Shown here: positions 21,951 to 23,049 of the stretch, in pieces
Position numbering within the stretch: the first letter of the stretch is position 1
How the letters are laid out: every line of letters starts with the position of its first letter
Assembly (NCBI RefSeq): GCF_006345805.1
Contig: NW_021836600.1
Coordinates: 1 to 23,049, forward strand
Reading direction: 5' to 3'
DNA length: 23,049 nucleotides
Origin: Octopus sinensis
Lineage: Eukaryota
Notes under the pieces: model-generated
Database searches by the model: none
Seen by the model: only the letters and a program-made list of their open reading frames with translations
Told to the model about the DNA's origin: nothing
Program-made: the position numbers and the translations under genes

Positions 21951-22042
21951 GAGGTGCACGAAGCAATGTTGATTAAGATATAGGTGTGCATAATTATATT
22001 TCACACGTTTGCGTACATTCAGACGTAGAAAGGTCTTGGCTG
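21951..22042 (+). repeat. Third, more diverged copy of the sequence upstream of the Helitron-like 5' ends
   Basis: gaggtgcacgaagcaatgttgattaagatataggtgtgcataattatatttcacacg aligns with gaggtagacgaagtagtgttgattggaatatagctgtgtagaatgatatttaacatg (from 20547). Confidence 0.7.
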
Positions 22043-22094
22043 CGGAAATTGTATTGGGAGAAAATGTGTGAAAACACATCATTGGTCTCTGAAT

Positions 22095-22223
22095 GGGACA
22101 CACACACACACAACGCACCACACACACATATATAAACGTATATATATATATACACACACATACATACAGCACACAGATACATACGCACATGCATATACAT
22201 ACATATATTTGTATATATGTATG

Positions 22224-22271
<48 letters not shown>

Positions 22272-22470
22272 TGTGAGTGCGGGTAAGTGTGTACGTGTGC
22301 ATGTTTGCGTTTGTAGATCGTAACTTTGGTCCAAAACAAAATAGATGGGACAAAAGACTTTAGTTGAATAAATTAGCATACTTAACCTACGTGTGTGGTG
22401 TGTGTGCGTGTGTGTGCGTGTGTGTGTGTGTGTGCGTGTGCGTGTAAACACACACACACACACACATACA
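22095..22470. repeat. (CA)n/(TA)n/(TG)n compound microsatellites
   Basis: Direct inspection. Confidence 0.9.
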
Positions 22471-22523
22471 GGAGGTGCTTCGGCATGGCCACTGCCCAAT
22501 GCCTGAAACGAAACTAAATAAGG
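22470..22523 (+). mobile_element. Decayed SINE 3' tail fragment (family of 9536-9964)
   Basis: aggaggtgcttcggcatggccactgcccaatgcctgaaac resembles aggcgatgctccagcgttgccgcagtcaaatgactgaaac (minus strand of ~9563-9602). Confidence 0.55.
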
Positions 22524-22541
22524 ACTATATTTAAAAAGAGA

Positions 22542-22756
22542 AGGCGCTTGGCTTAGCAGTTAGTGTATCCGTCTCACGACTGTAAGGCTCTGAGTTCGAT
22601 TCCCGGTGGCCAGCCTTGTCGCTCTATTTCACGCTGAATCTCCCTGAGACCTACGTTAAAGGTTCGAACTTCTGTGAAGAGCTCAGTGACACGCACGGTA
22701 ATTTCACGAACAGGCTGTTCGGTTGGAACACTCGATGTCATAACCGGCGTAGTGCC
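22542..22756 (+). mobile_element. Old SINE copy: tRNA head joined directly to the shared 3' tail (central domain missing)
   Basis: ggcgcttggcttagcagttag..gagttcgattcccggt joined to ggccagccttgtcgctct..cacgctgaatctccctgagacctacgttaaagg. Confidence 0.75.
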
Positions 22757-23049
22757 GGGCCAATGTAACCCATTAGCTGCCAAATTTTTTTATTGATATT
22801 TTGGGGTTTTGCCAGGTGTCTTAGGAGTTAAAATTATATACAGTATTTAAATATTCTTCATATATGACTTATTTTGGATATTATGCTAAATTTTTCGAAA
22901 AGTCCCCGAATGGGGTTCGCTGAAAACATATTTATCCTTTTCTTTTCAATTGCAATAATAAACATTTTATTTATTTATTTTTGTTTTGAAACTATAGTAT
23001 CAAATGCGAACGTGTATGAAATATCAATGAAGGATATAGATGGGAAATG

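Overview
Eukaryotic, repeat-saturated, mostly non-coding DNA. The SINE families and extreme microsatellite load resemble an octopod cephalopod genome (from my recall of these families, not a search). No protein-coding gene can be confidently called; nearly all long ORFs in the track are microsatellite read-throughs. Supported content: (i) a ~6 kb diverged satellite (~2130-8160) built from a ~19-bp monomer, organised into ~580-640-bp higher-order units and arranged as four blocks of alternating orientation, with a hairpin carrying a CACTG-type end at one junction; (ii) about ten tRNA-SINE or non-LTR copies and fragments, four with clear TSDs, showing head/core/tail module swapping; (iii) a decayed mariner transposase 5' end with TIR and TA, a 66-bp-TIR MITE, a probable hAT MITE and a non-autonomous Helitron with a nested SINE; (iv) local duplications and many microsatellites. 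A weak two-exon small-ORF candidate (8682-8722 + 10144-10222) is flagged. All alignments were done by eye; boundaries are approximate unless a TSD or TIR is quoted.
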